Virus record (IMG/VR): IMGVR_UViG_3300010354_012181
Span: 8,450 to 72,449 of that record
Direction: 5' to 3' (one strand)
From: a virus
Length of the DNA: 64,000 nt
In this document: piece by piece, positions 15,150 to 25,989 of the stretch
Layout of the letters: every line of letters begins with the position of its first letter
How positions within the stretch are numbered: the first letter of the stretch is position 1
Program-made: the position numbers and the translations under genes
The notes under the pieces: model-generated
Database searches by the model: none
What the model saw: the letters and a program-made list of their open reading frames with translations, nothing else
What the model was told of the DNA's origin: nothing

Positions 15150-16736
15150 ATGCCATTACAGCTTCGCAGAGGCAATACCGCTGAAGTAAACAGTATCACA
15201 CCGTTAATAGGTGAAATAGTCTATGATACCCAACTAAAACGCATTCTTGTTGGCGACGGATCTACTGCCGGCGGCGTGGCAGTGGCCGGAGTCACTATAA
15301 ATGAATCAAAAGATGCTACGTTCGCAGCATTATCGGCAGGAACGCATCAAAACATAAGTTTTTCATATAACGCAACAACCAAAGCTATAAGTGCAACAGT
15401 TGATATCTTAACTCACGATACTATCGAAGCAGATGCAATAATAACAGACAAAATTTATAATTCTTCATCGTCGGTAGTCATTGATGTTTCTTCTGGTATT
15501 TTTACAGGAACCTTAACTGGTAACGTTACAGGTAATGTTACCGGCGATACTTCCGGTACACACAACGGTCCAGTCAACGGTAATATTACAGGCAATGTTA
15601 CTGGTAATCTTACTGGTAATGTAACTGGTAATGTAACTGGTAATGTAACTGGTAATACGACCGGATTTCATACTGGAGATATCAAAGGTGATGTGTTTGC
15701 AGCAGACGATTCTTCATTGCTAATAGACAGCGCCAGTGGAACATTCTATGGTAATTTTATTGGTAATACTACTGGACTTCACACAGGTAATATCGATACA
15801 AATCTTATAAGTTCTTCTGATTCAAGTGCTATCGTTTTTGACACTCCTACTATTTTTCAAACAAATGTAGAAATACAGAATGAGTTATTGATTAAGGATG
15901 CTCTTACAATAATTAACAGAACCTCAACTGATAGATTAGTAACATTTACCACATCAACTAATGACGATTTGTCACCTCCTATACTAATTAGGAAATCAAG
16001 AGGAAGTCCTGGATCCCCATCCTCAGTAGCAGTAGATGACATTTTAGGTTCTATAACATTTTCGGGTCACAATGGAAGCGTTTTTACTCCACAAAATGAA
16101 ATTTACTCACAGGTTAATGGCATTACTCTCGGAAATGTTACATCTACATTATATGTAAGAACAGCCTATCCCAGCGGATTATTATTAGATAAAGTAGCCA
16201 TCAGTCAAGTAGGTGTGCAAATTTTTAGTACCAGTGCCACAGAAGATACTTTAGCACTTTTAAACAACCACGACACAGCGGGAAATGCGTCTAACTTAGT
16301 CTTATCTAGATCAAGAGGAACATATGACTCACCAACTACGGTTGTAAACGGTGACATAATCCATGACATCAGTATAAGAGGTCACGACGGCACCACGTAT
16401 AGATTGTCAGGACAGATACGTGCATCAGTAGATGGAGCAGTATCTGCAGGAGTTGTTCCAGGAAGATTAGATTTTACTTTAAATGATGCCAGTGGTACTT
16501 CTAGAAATATTTTAAGATTGACCAACGACAAAGTTGTTCATGCTGATAAGATTGGTGGTTTAGATAACTCATACATTCAATTTATGCAGATTCCCTACTT
16601 GCCTAGTTTCGCAGGAGAAGGTGCTGCAGACACTGCTATTGGTGGCGCTGGGTCTAGAATAAACGGAATGATGTTCTATGACAGCACTGCAAATGCAGTA
16701 AAAGCAGTTGTGTCGGGCGCCTGGGTCTCACTGTAA
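15150..16736 (+). CDS. Virion structural / tail fibre protein with GNVT repeats
   Basis: N-terminal LQLRRG...GEIVYDT...VGDG module; GNVT repeats; two RSRG..SP..V..GD.I..I...GHDG repeats. Confidence 0.8.
   Translation: MPLQLRRGNTAEVNSITPLIGEIVYDTQLKRILVGDGSTAGGVAVAGVTINESKDATFAALSAGTHQNISFSYNATTKAISATVDILTHDTIEADAIITDKIYNSSSSVVIDVSSGIFTGTLTGNVTGNVTGDTSGTHNGPVNGNITGNVTGNLTGNVTGNVTGNVTGNTTGFHTGDIKGDVFAADDSSLLIDSASGTFYGNFIGNTTGLHTGNIDTNLISSSDSSAIVFDTPTIFQTNVEIQNELLIKDALTIINRTSTDRLVTFTTSTNDDLSPPILIRKSRGSPGSPSSVAVDDILGSITFSGHNGSVFTPQNEIYSQVNGITLGNVTSTLYVRTAYPSGLLLDKVAISQVGVQIFSTSATEDTLALLNNHDTAGNASNLVLSRSRGTYDSPTTVVNGDIIHDISIRGHDGTTYRLSGQIRASVDGAVSAGVVPGRLDFTLNDASGTSRNILRLTNDKVVHADKIGGLDNSYIQFMQIPYLPSFAGEGAADTAIGGAGSRINGMMFYDSTANAVKAVVSGAWVSL
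15517..15660 (+). repeat. 12-bp tandem coding repeat (ACTGGTAATGTA; TGNV)
   Basis: Near-perfect copies at ~15600-15657. Confidence 0.85.
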
Positions 16737-16783
16737 TTTAATCAAATCGTAATATTAGTTTTTAAATTTATCATATATATGAT

Positions 16784-17674
16784 ATGTTTAAAAATGATTG
16801 GGCTCATTATTCTTACGATGGAATAAAAAACTCTTATAGAATTTCCAATAGAAGTCTTTTTGATTTTTCTTGCTCGATTAAAAATACTTCTATAAGTCAC
16901 AAATCTGTACTCAATGATCTGGCTACAGAGATTTATGAAAAAAATAACAGGTTAGATATATTGTTATCTGGTGGGCTCAATTCTCAAATAATCGTTAAAA
17001 CTTATAAAGAATTAGGTATTCCTGTTAATGTAAAAATATTTTCCTACGAAAACGACATTAATTTACATTGGGATGTGGCTGCAGCTTTAAAATTTTGCCA
17101 AGATCAAAAAATCAAATATACTAAAATTGATTTTAACTTAAAAAAATTTTTTGAATTAGAAGCCGAACATTATTTTAAAAAATCTCTTAATACAGATGTT
17201 AGTAAACTGCCTTTGTTAAAAATGATAGAATATTGCGACAATATGCCTGTACTGGGAACTGCTTATCCTTTAATTACCAGATCAAATTTTTTCTATGATA
17301 CACCTGCTACTTGGGATTTAAGGATTTTAGAATCTGAAATTAATATTTTGGGTTATTCTCAAAAAATTAATAGGCCAGTAATATCTAATTGGTTTTTGTA
17401 TGATTCTAATTTTTTATCTAGCTTGATCAATCATAGCGCAATGCAGGATTTAATTAAAGATAAAAATACAGGTTGTACCTCAAATTTTGAAATTCGATCC
17501 AAAATTTATGATTTAAAAATAAATCGAGTAAGCCAATCCGGATTAGAGTGGGAATCGAATAATTGGCTTTTTCCAGATTTTGTTAATGATTTTTATCACA
17601 AAGTCATCTCTAGTTCGATTCAATCAAAGATGAAAGTTGTAAAAATTAAAAATTTTACAGATCAAGTATCTTGA
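16784..17674 (+). CDS. PP-loop (adenine nucleotide alpha-hydrolase-like) protein, degenerate motif
   Basis: LLSGGLNSQ. Confidence 0.65.
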   Translation: MFKNDWAHYSYDGIKNSYRISNRSLFDFSCSIKNTSISHKSVLNDLATEIYEKNNRLDILLSGGLNSQIIVKTYKELGIPVNVKIFSYENDINLHWDVAAALKFCQDQKIKYTKIDFNLKKFFELEAEHYFKKSLNTDVSKLPLLKMIEYCDNMPVLGTAYPLITRSNFFYDTPATWDLRILESEINILGYSQKINRPVISNWFLYDSNFLSSLINHSAMQDLIKDKNTGCTSNFEIRSKIYDLKINRVSQSGLEWESNNWLFPDFVNDFYHKVISSSIQSKMKVVKIKNFTDQVS

Positions 17675-18812
17675 ATCCTTTAGTGTAGGTTTCACTTAAT
17701 ATAGATCCTTTAGGATTAGATAATAGATATCTGTCGTCTATCTGTGAAAATATATTTTTAACAGCAATATTAAAGTTATTTTTTAATAAATCAAATTCAT
17801 TATTTTCAAACATCCAAAAATAAACATCATCTAGTAAAGGTTTAGGTTTTCCCGCTTGGAAAATATTATTATTCCAAGTATCCTGATAAAGGATTTTTTT
17901 CTGTATTAGTCTCAAAGACTCTTTTTTGTTCTTCAGCGTATCTGATTGAGGATTTATACTGTCTAAATTTATACAGTCAAATAATTTATTTTCCTTAATA
18001 AATTTCGCTGTTTGATAAGCCTGTTCCATTGGTAATAAAGGAAAGTCAGGAGTCCAATAAAAAAATTCTGTATTAAAATTGTCAATGCCCGAAGGAAATA
18101 AAGTATTTTCTATGAGAATATCTACAAATACAAGGTCTATGCTTTTCAATCCTAAATTTAAAATTGGTTTATCAGTTCCAAAAATATGACCTTCTTTTTT
18201 TCTAGTATTAAGATTCGTATACAAATCTCGATTCAAACGCTGAACAAACGAAGCGAATGACCCTTTGTACATTTTTAAATTATAGAATTCTTGTTCTAAG
18301 GTTTCTACTTTTATTTTTTGTCTATCTATATTTTCAGTATATTCGATAAATGAGATTTTTATTTCAGGATGATCAGAATATAGTTTATCTAATTGAGGTT
18401 TGATAGCAAAATCCCATTCACTTACTGTATTTTTTGCCGATGAATCTTTGTTATTCGGAATATATAATTTTCCATCCTTTAACGGTTTAGGCCATTTTAC
18501 TCTTAACTCATCTAGTTTAATTTTATTATCTATAAATGTTCTTAGAATATTATGACTATCTGCTCCGCCTGAGTAATAAAGAATAAGATAGTCATAAGTA
18601 TCTCTTAACTGTTCCGCCCTTTGTCTGTACAGTTCGTTTAATGAATATTTTCCTAATAAATTTCTGTCAAATGATTCCCACATATGATCGTGAAAATAAA
18701 ATCTAAGATATGAATTGGTTTTAGATGCATAAATCATTGCATCTACTTTGTTATCAAAGGCCAGCCCACCTACTAGCCAACAACCATTTTTTTTATTTAG
18801 AATATTCAACAT
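17655..18812 (-). CDS. PP-loop (asparagine synthase/AANH-like) protein
   Basis: YLILYYSGGADSHN; clear paralog of 21596-22765. Confidence 0.75.
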   Translation of the reverse strand: MLNILNKKNGCWLVGGLAFDNKVDAMIYASKTNSYLRFYFHDHMWESFDRNLLGKYSLNELYRQRAEQLRDTYDYLILYYSGGADSHNILRTFIDNKIKLDELRVKWPKPLKDGKLYIPNNKDSSAKNTVSEWDFAIKPQLDKLYSDHPEIKISFIEYTENIDRQKIKVETLEQEFYNLKMYKGSFASFVQRLNRDLYTNLNTRKKEGHIFGTDKPILNLGLKSIDLVFVDILIENTLFPSGIDNFNTEFFYWTPDFPLLPMEQAYQTAKFIKENKLFDCINLDSINPQSDTLKNKKESLRLIQKKILYQDTWNNNIFQAGKPKPLLDDVYFWMFENNEFDLLKNNFNIAVKNIFSQIDDRYLLSNPKGSILSETYTKGFKILDL

Positions 18813-18842
18813 AGATATATACAGAAGTAAGATATTTATTTT

Positions 18843-19742
18843 ATGAAATTAATCCTAATTATTATTTTCTTTTTTGTATCTATTAATTTGGCAATAGGTA
18901 GTGAAATAGAATTTACTGTCCATCACGGTCCAGGCGGACCTAGTGATAAATTAACTAGACTTTTAGTTGCTCAAATGCCAAAAAAATACCTACCTGTTAA
19001 TCGTCCGGGGGCACAGGGAAGAATTGCTGTTAGACATCTATTGAACAATAATGCTATTATGATAGCCACAACTGCACAGATTTTTGTCACTAATTTTATA
19101 GATAATGATATGTCTGTTTATAAACAAGATGATTTAGAAATAATATATGTAGTCGGTATAATGCCTAGTGTTTTGGTGTGCAATAATAAATTAGGATTTA
19201 AAACTTATAAGGAATTTATAGCAAATAATCGGTCACTTTCTTTTGGAGTGGCTGGATACGGAAGTTCGGAACATCTAGCAACTGAAATTTTATTTAAAGA
19301 ATTTAAAAATAATCATGTAATTATTCCTTACCCGCAAGGAGGCGCACACAGTTTAAATGATTTACTTAGTGGACACATAGATTGTATGTTTGCAAACTAT
19401 CCATTAGTTAAAGAACATATTAAGGATGGCACAAAGATTACCACGTTAATGTCTAGTCATGATCTTAAATTACCAATACCAACGTGGCAACAAATAAACA
19501 AAACATCGTTTCCTTATCAAAGTTACCTTGCTATAGTTGCTAATAAAAAAATGCTATCAGAATTACAAAAAGATATTATAAATGATCTGAACAATTCATA
19601 TTCAGATAAATTAAAAGAAGATTTGATACAGGTTGGTATTTTTCCAATTATGTCAAAAGACAAAAATTCAATTTTAGAAGTATATCGAGATAACGATAAA
19701 TTAAAATCTTTTTTACTAAAAAATAATATTAAGATAAATTGA
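18843..19742 (+). CDS. Bug/TctC tripartite tricarboxylate transporter substrate-binding protein
   Basis: Signal peptide; PGGPSD, NRPGAQG, GYGSSEHL, IPYPQG, DLLSGHID. Confidence 0.85.
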   Translation: MKLILIIIFFFVSINLAIGSEIEFTVHHGPGGPSDKLTRLLVAQMPKKYLPVNRPGAQGRIAVRHLLNNNAIMIATTAQIFVTNFIDNDMSVYKQDDLEIIYVVGIMPSVLVCNNKLGFKTYKEFIANNRSLSFGVAGYGSSEHLATEILFKEFKNNHVIIPYPQGGAHSLNDLLSGHIDCMFANYPLVKEHIKDGTKITTLMSSHDLKLPIPTWQQINKTSFPYQSYLAIVANKKMLSELQKDIINDLNNSYSDKLKEDLIQVGIFPIMSKDKNSILEVYRDNDKLKSFLLKNNIKIN

Positions 19743-20650
19743 TAAAACATCAAGATTTTTTTCATACTAGATATCCTATCGTATGTGCCTCTATGAATAG
19801 AGTTAGCGATGTCAAATTAGCTGTGGCTTGTTATCATGCAGATATACTGCCAAGTTTTACAGTTTATAATTGGATTCAAAAAGACTTTCAATTTTCTTTT
19901 GATTTTGTTCAAGCAGACAAAGATTTAAAAGAGTTTCAAGATAAAACTGGATCAAATAATTTAATGCTTTCAATAGGAACTGCCGAAATAGGAATTCCGC
20001 AAATGGTCGATTTAATATTAAAGAATAAAATAAAATTCCTTGAAATTTTTGGTAGAGAGGACGAAGGTTTAAAAAGTATTTCCGCTCACGATTATGAGAT
20101 CTATGACATTTATAAAAAAAATGATATAAAAATTATTCCAAAACAGTTGTCAGGAAAACACGCTAATAACATAGGAATGGATGCTATATTATTAAAGGGT
20201 AGAGATGGCGCAGGAAGAAGTTTAAGTTATATTGATATTGATACTGAAATTATAAACATACTTGGAAAATACCCAACGTTGCCTATAATAATATCTGGTG
20301 GTATAGGCAATGCCGGGGACATAAAAAAATATATGAGTATGGGCTGTATGTCTGTAGCGATAGGAACACTTTTTGCTGCCAGCGAAGAGAGTTGTTTAAG
20401 TTTGGAAACTAAAAAGAAAATGGTCGAGGCAAGCAGTACTGATATTTCTAGACTCTCCACTGGTGCTCAACAGAATGCTTTAGTTTTTCGCAAAATGGAT
20501 TGGCAGGATGATTTTAATAATACTAGGTCTTTAATGCAAGGAATAATAAATCCAGAGGCAGGCCATGTTTTTGCAGGGAAAGGAATAAACGATGTAAAAT
20601 CTATTATGCCGGTAAAGGATATAGTTCAACAATTAGTAGAAGGTTTGTGA
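19739..20650 (+). CDS. Nitronate monooxygenase/FabK-like FMN oxidoreductase
   Basis: PIVCASMNRVSDVKLA, PIIISGGIG, GTLFAASEES, FAGKGI. Confidence 0.85.
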   Translation: MIKHQDFFHTRYPIVCASMNRVSDVKLAVACYHADILPSFTVYNWIQKDFQFSFDFVQADKDLKEFQDKTGSNNLMLSIGTAEIGIPQMVDLILKNKIKFLEIFGREDEGLKSISAHDYEIYDIYKKNDIKIIPKQLSGKHANNIGMDAILLKGRDGAGRSLSYIDIDTEIINILGKYPTLPIIISGGIGNAGDIKKYMSMGCMSVAIGTLFAASEESCLSLETKKKMVEASSTDISRLSTGAQQNALVFRKMDWQDDFNNTRSLMQGIINPEAGHVFAGKGINDVKSIMPVKDIVQQLVEGL

Positions 20651-21549
20651 ATAGTCTGGTAGAATCTTTTAGTTTCATTAGTAGTTGTAAGTAAAAAATT
20701 TAAAAAAGGTTTCAACGGAATCATAAGAGCGTGTTCTTTGATTTTTAATTCTGTAAGCATAAAAGGTATATTTTCAAATCCAGCCCACTTTGGAAAATAT
20801 AAAAGTTCATCTTTCCAATATTTTCCGTATATTAAAGGTTTAATATAATAATCCCATCTATCTGTGGTGTCTAAGTATACGTGAGGAAATTCCGGACCCT
20901 TTGTTAACCCATTACCTTTAAAATATGGCCACGAATAGATACAGGACCACAGAACCTCTTCACTTAATATACTGGATAAGAATTCGCTAGTGTCACCAAA
21001 AAATATAAATTTGCCTTTTCTATTTAATAATTCAAAAGCTCTATGTCTAACCATTTCAAAAGAATTGTATCCTTGAAACCAATAAGGTTCATTTTGCGGG
21101 GTTATATGTACATATGGATCATGAACCATCTGTACAAAGTCATAATCGTCTGGTAATAAACTTAAAAACTTTTTTTGTAAAATTGAGTTTATTTGTATGT
21201 CGTATAATTCTGCTTCTTCTTCCAACTCGTCTTTGATCTTTAAAACATTAATATCTATGATGTGCGCCTTTATGTTATATTTGTCTTCAACTAATTTTAA
21301 ATTTTTGTATTCGTGATCGTTGAATCCCGGAAGGTACAAAAATGCACATTCAACAGGTATATCTTGTTGTTGAAAACTCAACAACATACTTTGGCTATCA
21401 ATACCGCCACTAAGACTTAGCATAATTTTTTTACTAGTTTGTCCAATTTCTAATGCTCGTTTATCTGACTCTTCCCTCATGTTTCCAGGCGACCATCTAC
21501 AGGATTGATATTCTATCCACCATTTTCCATTATCGAAACCATAAATCAT
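20626..21549 (-). CDS. PP-loop (AANH-like) protein
   Basis: MLSLSGGIDSQ. Confidence 0.7.
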   Translation of the reverse strand: MIYGFDNGKWWIEYQSCRWSPGNMREESDKRALEIGQTSKKIMLSLSGGIDSQSMLLSFQQQDIPVECAFLYLPGFNDHEYKNLKLVEDKYNIKAHIIDINVLKIKDELEEEAELYDIQINSILQKKFLSLLPDDYDFVQMVHDPYVHITPQNEPYWFQGYNSFEMVRHRAFELLNRKGKFIFFGDTSEFLSSILSEEVLWSCIYSWPYFKGNGLTKGPEFPHVYLDTTDRWDYYIKPLIYGKYWKDELLYFPKWAGFENIPFMLTELKIKEHALMIPLKPFLNFLLTTTNETKRFYQTIHKPSTNC

Positions 21550-21595
21550 AAAGTGCCCTTATTTTTGTGTTAAATATTTACTCAAAGGTGTACTG

Positions 21596-22765
21596 ATGAT
21601 TAATGTAATTGATGAAAAACTAGGGTACTATCATGCAGGCGGACAAAAATTTAGTTCAAAAATTGCCGCAGCCTTACATTCTATAAAAACAAATACAAAA
21701 TTACATTGGAATTTCAATGATGAAATTTTTAGCAAACATGATTGGTCAAAAGAACCTTTGTCAACATTAGACGAATTGTATGACGCTAGGTCTAGAGAAC
21801 TACGAGAAAAATACGATTATCTGATTTTAAGTTATAGCGGAGGATCAGATAGTCATAACATACTAATGAGCTTTATTAGACAAGGACTTCATTTAGATGA
21901 AATAATAATAAATCATATGAATAAGGCCAATGACCAATTCACTGATTTGAATCCTACTAATAAAAATAGCACAAACGCAGCAGCCGAATTTCATCTTCAA
22001 ACATTGCCAAGATTAAAAGAAGTTGAAAATTTAATACCTCAAACAAAAATAACTATTTTAGATTTAACTGATTATCTTTTTCAATCATTAGAAAAAATAG
22101 GTGATGCTAGTTGGGTGCTAGATAAAAAAGAGCAGGTTAACATAGCAGGTATGACACGGTTTAATTATATTTTCTTCGATGACATAAGAAAGAATTTTGA
22201 TAAGGGACGAAAATTAGGTTTAATTACAGGTTTAGAAAAACCCAGATCGTTTATAGAAAACGGAGAGTATCATTTGCTTTTTACAGATAGACCTGCTAAC
22301 ATCATAACAGTTAAAGAACATATGCATGAATATACAAACTGTTCTGTAGAAATGTTCTACTGGAGTCCTAGTCCTATAGCAATACAAATTATGACTAAAC
22401 AGGCTCATACAATTAAAAAATATTTAGAAATGTTTCCACAAAAACAAGAACTGTGGAAAATAGAAAGACTTCATAGTGGTACAATGATTAGGATCATACA
22501 CGAAAGGATTTTGCGTACATTGTTGTATACTACTTGGGACAATAATTGGTACCAGGCCGATAAAGCTATTAAAGACTGGCATAGTGAATTTGACCAATGG
22601 TTTTTTGATCATTATACTGATACAAAAACTTTTCATATTTGGAAAGAAGGCATAGATTACTTAAAAAATAATCTTTCCTCTTTAATAAAATACGATGACA
22701 ATACAGCAGATGGATTAGTTCCATTTCATAAAAAATACAAAGTAGGACCTATTAAAAGATATTAA
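21596..22765 (+). CDS. PP-loop (asparagine synthase/AANH-like) protein
   Basis: YLILSYSGGSDSHN; G.EKP; FYWSP. Confidence 0.75.
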   Translation: MINVIDEKLGYYHAGGQKFSSKIAAALHSIKTNTKLHWNFNDEIFSKHDWSKEPLSTLDELYDARSRELREKYDYLILSYSGGSDSHNILMSFIRQGLHLDEIIINHMNKANDQFTDLNPTNKNSTNAAAEFHLQTLPRLKEVENLIPQTKITILDLTDYLFQSLEKIGDASWVLDKKEQVNIAGMTRFNYIFFDDIRKNFDKGRKLGLITGLEKPRSFIENGEYHLLFTDRPANIITVKEHMHEYTNCSVEMFYWSPSPIAIQIMTKQAHTIKKYLEMFPQKQELWKIERLHSGTMIRIIHERILRTLLYTTWDNNWYQADKAIKDWHSEFDQWFFDHYTDTKTFHIWKEGIDYLKNNLSSLIKYDDNTADGLVPFHKKYKVGPIKRY

Positions 22766-22767
22766 AA

Positions 22768-23598
22768 ATGAATAATATTAATAGTAAATATCCTAAAGTT
22801 TTTACGCACAAAGGTGTATTCAAAAATAATAACTTTTATGGCAGCAGTCAATTTGTCATAAACAAAGACCTACAACTGTTTTCTAATAGATGTCCGCATA
22901 GGGGTAATAAGATCATATCTCCGGGAACTGTTAAGCAAGAATTTAAGTGCGGACTTCACGGTTGGCAATGGAACGAAAATGGATCACCTATTAATAATTC
23001 TGTAAATTTAAGATCAACTTATGCTACTTTGGGGGGAAGCGGGTTAATATATTTAGATTGGAATGAGCCGTCATCGGCGAAATGGGTTCATGATCTTTCT
23101 TCCGATGATTTACAATTTGATCACTGCATCAAAAAACATGGGCATGGAGATTGGCGATGGCAGATGGAAATGCATGTAGATTTATTACACGTTCAATTTA
23201 TACATCCATTGTTAAACAATTACGTTGATTGTAATAAATTAATTTCAGAAAAGGGGTACGACTGGATAGCACAATATCATGATCACGGATGGTGGTTGTT
23301 TATCTATCCCTTTACTCATATCGAATGGGAACCTGGATGCTTGTACTTTAGTGAAATGGTGCCGAGAGAAAATAATCTAGGTTATGACGTTTTTATACAT
23401 TATCTTTTTTCTCCTAAAATTTCTGAAGAAAAAAAACGAGATTTTTCTATGATGGCCGAAATCACCTTCGATGAAGATATTAACGCTGTAAACGAGATTT
23501 CAAGCACATCAAAATATAGAATGCCTAGTAATGCGAAACATCCGTTAGAGCAAGATATAATTCATTTCTATAAATGGTTGGAGGACAATACCGAATGA
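22768..23598 (+). CDS. Rieske [2Fe-2S] oxygenase
   Basis: NRCPHRG...CGLHGW; mononuclear Fe motif EMHVDLLHVQFIH and C-terminal ED. Confidence 0.85.
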   Translation: MNNINSKYPKVFTHKGVFKNNNFYGSSQFVINKDLQLFSNRCPHRGNKIISPGTVKQEFKCGLHGWQWNENGSPINNSVNLRSTYATLGGSGLIYLDWNEPSSAKWVHDLSSDDLQFDHCIKKHGHGDWRWQMEMHVDLLHVQFIHPLLNNYVDCNKLISEKGYDWIAQYHDHGWWLFIYPFTHIEWEPGCLYFSEMVPRENNLGYDVFIHYLFSPKISEEKKRDFSMMAEITFDEDINAVNEISSTSKYRMPSNAKHPLEQDIIHFYKWLEDNTE

Positions 23599-24065
23599 GA
23601 ATAGAAATTGTTGGAAATGAAAGAGATAGAGCAGATAATGAATTAATTATAAAACACAGTGATCTTCTTTCCTATACACCGGCCTATAGTTTTTTTCTTA
23701 AGGAAATGGCTAATTTAATCGATTCCGGCAATCATATTGGATATACTTATTGGGATGATAAAAATTGCGGAATTATTTGGGCAGAAAACGTTGATAATAA
23801 AGTTGTAGGAATTTTAGTATATGATCGATCATTTACTAAAAGTAGAATACCTTGTCTTTATATAGTTCTTACTGCGGTTGATATTAATTATAGACAGTTA
23901 GGTATACATATAATTATGAACAAATATTTTGAGAGACAGGTACAGAAACTAAATTGCCAAGGAATAAAATCTGAAATAAGTTTAAAAAATAAAATACGAT
24001 TACTTACAGCAGAGAGAGATCAATTAGTTCCATATGCATTTGTTGTTTCTAAAAAAATATCATGA
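23595..24065 (+). CDS. GNAT-family acetyltransferase
   Basis: AVDINYRQLGI motif A; ATGA overlap. Confidence 0.75.
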   Translation: MRIEIVGNERDRADNELIIKHSDLLSYTPAYSFFLKEMANLIDSGNHIGYTYWDDKNCGIIWAENVDNKVVGILVYDRSFTKSRIPCLYIVLTAVDINYRQLGIHIIMNKYFERQVQKLNCQGIKSEISLKNKIRLLTAERDQLVPYAFVVSKKIS

Positions 24066-24499
24066 CAATTAAAGAAAATATAAAATTAGTTGAAAGCGAT
24101 ATCTATTCGATCTTGAAAAATAAAGTAAAAGAGCGTATAGAATACCTAATAAATTTAGGATACAGCGAAAATCTTGCTAGATTTTTTACTGATATAGATG
24201 AGGATAATACTGCCGTAATTTGGAATGATGATAAAAATTCTATTACTGCTATACTTTGTTATACGATTAATGATATAGATAAAGGCGGGGTATTAATTAA
24301 TTTTAGTTACGCCAAAGATGCTGTTAGTTTAGAACAAGTTTATAATTATTTTGAAAAAAAAGTAAAGGCATTAAGATGCGTTTATATAAACGAACACGTT
24401 CCTATTAAAGATCATAGACGGCTTACTGAATTGGAAAATTTAAGTTTCGAAAAAAAATATTATCTATTGTTCAAAAGAGTGCAAAATGTTACGCTATAA
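24062..24499 (+). CDS. Possible degenerate GNAT-fold protein
   Basis: Size and pattern similar to the preceding GNAT; ATGA overlap. Confidence 0.5.
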   Translation: MTIKENIKLVESDIYSILKNKVKERIEYLINLGYSENLARFFTDIDEDNTAVIWNDDKNSITAILCYTINDIDKGGVLINFSYAKDAVSLEQVYNYFEKKVKALRCVYINEHVPIKDHRRLTELENLSFEKKYYLLFKRVQNVTL

Positions 24500-25436
24500 A
24501 AATTGGATGTCCTATAAGTTTGACGATGGTATTTTGTTAGGACCCAAAAAAACGAAACAATCGATATTCAAGTTAGAATTTTCTAAAAATATCGACTGCA
24601 AAGAAATGGATTACTTTTCTGCCTTAGAATATAATGCACGAATGGTTGCCGATAATTATCCACAACCCTTTGATGTTTTATTATCGGGCGGAATAGATAG
24701 CGAAGTAATAGTTAGAATGAATCACAAATTAGGAATAAAACAAAATGTTTATACCTTTAGATTAGAAAATGATTATAATATAAAAGATGTGCTGTCTTCT
24801 CAGATAATATGTAATGATTTAAATATTGATCTTAAAATTATAGATTGGAACCTACAAAAATGGATAGAAAATGATGCCGAATCAGTTTATAAAAAAACCT
24901 ACTCTCCATTGATAGAAAGAATGGTGCGGTTTGATTGGTTAAAATACTTTGATAATATAATAGTAATGGGAGAAGGAGAACCTTATTGGAGAAGAGATTT
25001 TTCTGATGATTATAATAAGAAATCACACTGGCATCTGCACTGGACCGAAGATTATTTTATGACCTCTATATATGCCAATTTGATAGGTCAGACTGTAATG
25101 GGAGAATGGTACAATTATACCCCAGAAGTAGTAAAGTCCTTTCATAAAATGCCTATAGTTAAAAAATTATTGAACGATGAATTTAAAGGTAAACAGAGTT
25201 CTTGGAGTATTAGAACAGAAATTCACCAAAAAATTTTTCCGGAAATTAGACCAAAATTTAAATTAGTAGGATACGAAGGATTCAATTATCCATTTACGAA
25301 ACCGGAATTTATGACTACGTTTCAGAAAGAAATAATAGGCGATACTACAAACTATGGATATAAATTCCACGAAAGCGATATAGATAATATGTGTGGTGGT
25401 CTTGCAGTAGGCGAAGGATGTTGGGTAAAATATTAA
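24486..25436 (+). CDS. PP-loop (AANH-like) protein
   Basis: VLLSGGIDSE; paralog of 16784-17674. Confidence 0.72.
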   Translation: MLRYKNWMSYKFDDGILLGPKKTKQSIFKLEFSKNIDCKEMDYFSALEYNARMVADNYPQPFDVLLSGGIDSEVIVRMNHKLGIKQNVYTFRLENDYNIKDVLSSQIICNDLNIDLKIIDWNLQKWIENDAESVYKKTYSPLIERMVRFDWLKYFDNIIVMGEGEPYWRRDFSDDYNKKSHWHLHWTEDYFMTSIYANLIGQTVMGEWYNYTPEVVKSFHKMPIVKKLLNDEFKGKQSSWSIRTEIHQKIFPEIRPKFKLVGYEGFNYPFTKPEFMTTFQKEIIGDTTNYGYKFHESDIDNMCGGLAVGEGCWVKY

Positions 25437-25437
25437 A

Positions 25438-25989
25438 ATGAAATCTGTAACATGGAAACCCGGAGAAAACAAAGAATTAGATAATTTGTTTGATAAGTTA
25501 CGAGAACAGCAATATCAAAATCGAAACCATAGACTATGGAAAAATTACAGTAAAGATGAAATAGAAAAATGGTCTGGTTTGATAGCCTATACTATTTCTT
25601 TTGACTATAATGATCAACCGGAATTATGTTCAACTATTTCTAAGAGAAATTGTTGGCCGGACAATGCCTGCAGAATATTAAACAGGACTTGGAAAGTATC
25701 AAATAAAAAACAAATTATGCCCGAAATTAGCCAGGCTATGGGTAAGGCAACATTAAGTCAGATATCTTGGTTAAAAGAAAACACAGATTATCAATTTTAT
25801 TTTATAAGCAGACAAACTAATAACTGGATGGAATGGGTAACTAAAAATTTTAAAAGGCAGTTTGACTTAAATTTCAAAATTGCCAAAAATAAATATCTTA
25901 CATGTTCAAATGAACACGATGATTCTTGTTGGCAAAGTATCATTTACATAGGGGATGATTCTGTGCTAAAAATCTGGAAAAAGAGATGA
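25438..25989 (+). CDS. Hypothetical protein (possibly GNAT-like)
   Basis: RILNRTW, FISRQ; operon context. Confidence 0.6.
   Translation: MKSVTWKPGENKELDNLFDKLREQQYQNRNHRLWKNYSKDEIEKWSGLIAYTISFDYNDQPELCSTISKRNCWPDNACRILNRTWKVSNKKQIMPEISQAMGKATLSQISWLKENTDYQFYFISRQTNNWMEWVTKNFKRQFDLNFKIAKNKYLTCSNEHDDSCWQSIIYIGDDSVLKIWKKR

Noticed and set aside
15517-15660. GNVT tandem repeat as a regulatory or contingency repeat
   Set aside because: It is an in-frame 12-bp repeat typical of phage fibre proteins and cannot cause frameshifts.
16784-25436. Lasso-peptide gene cluster based on asparagine-synthase-like genes
   Set aside because: No B1/B2 leader peptidase or RRE protein and no convincing precursor peptide; kept only as generic PP-loop enzymes.
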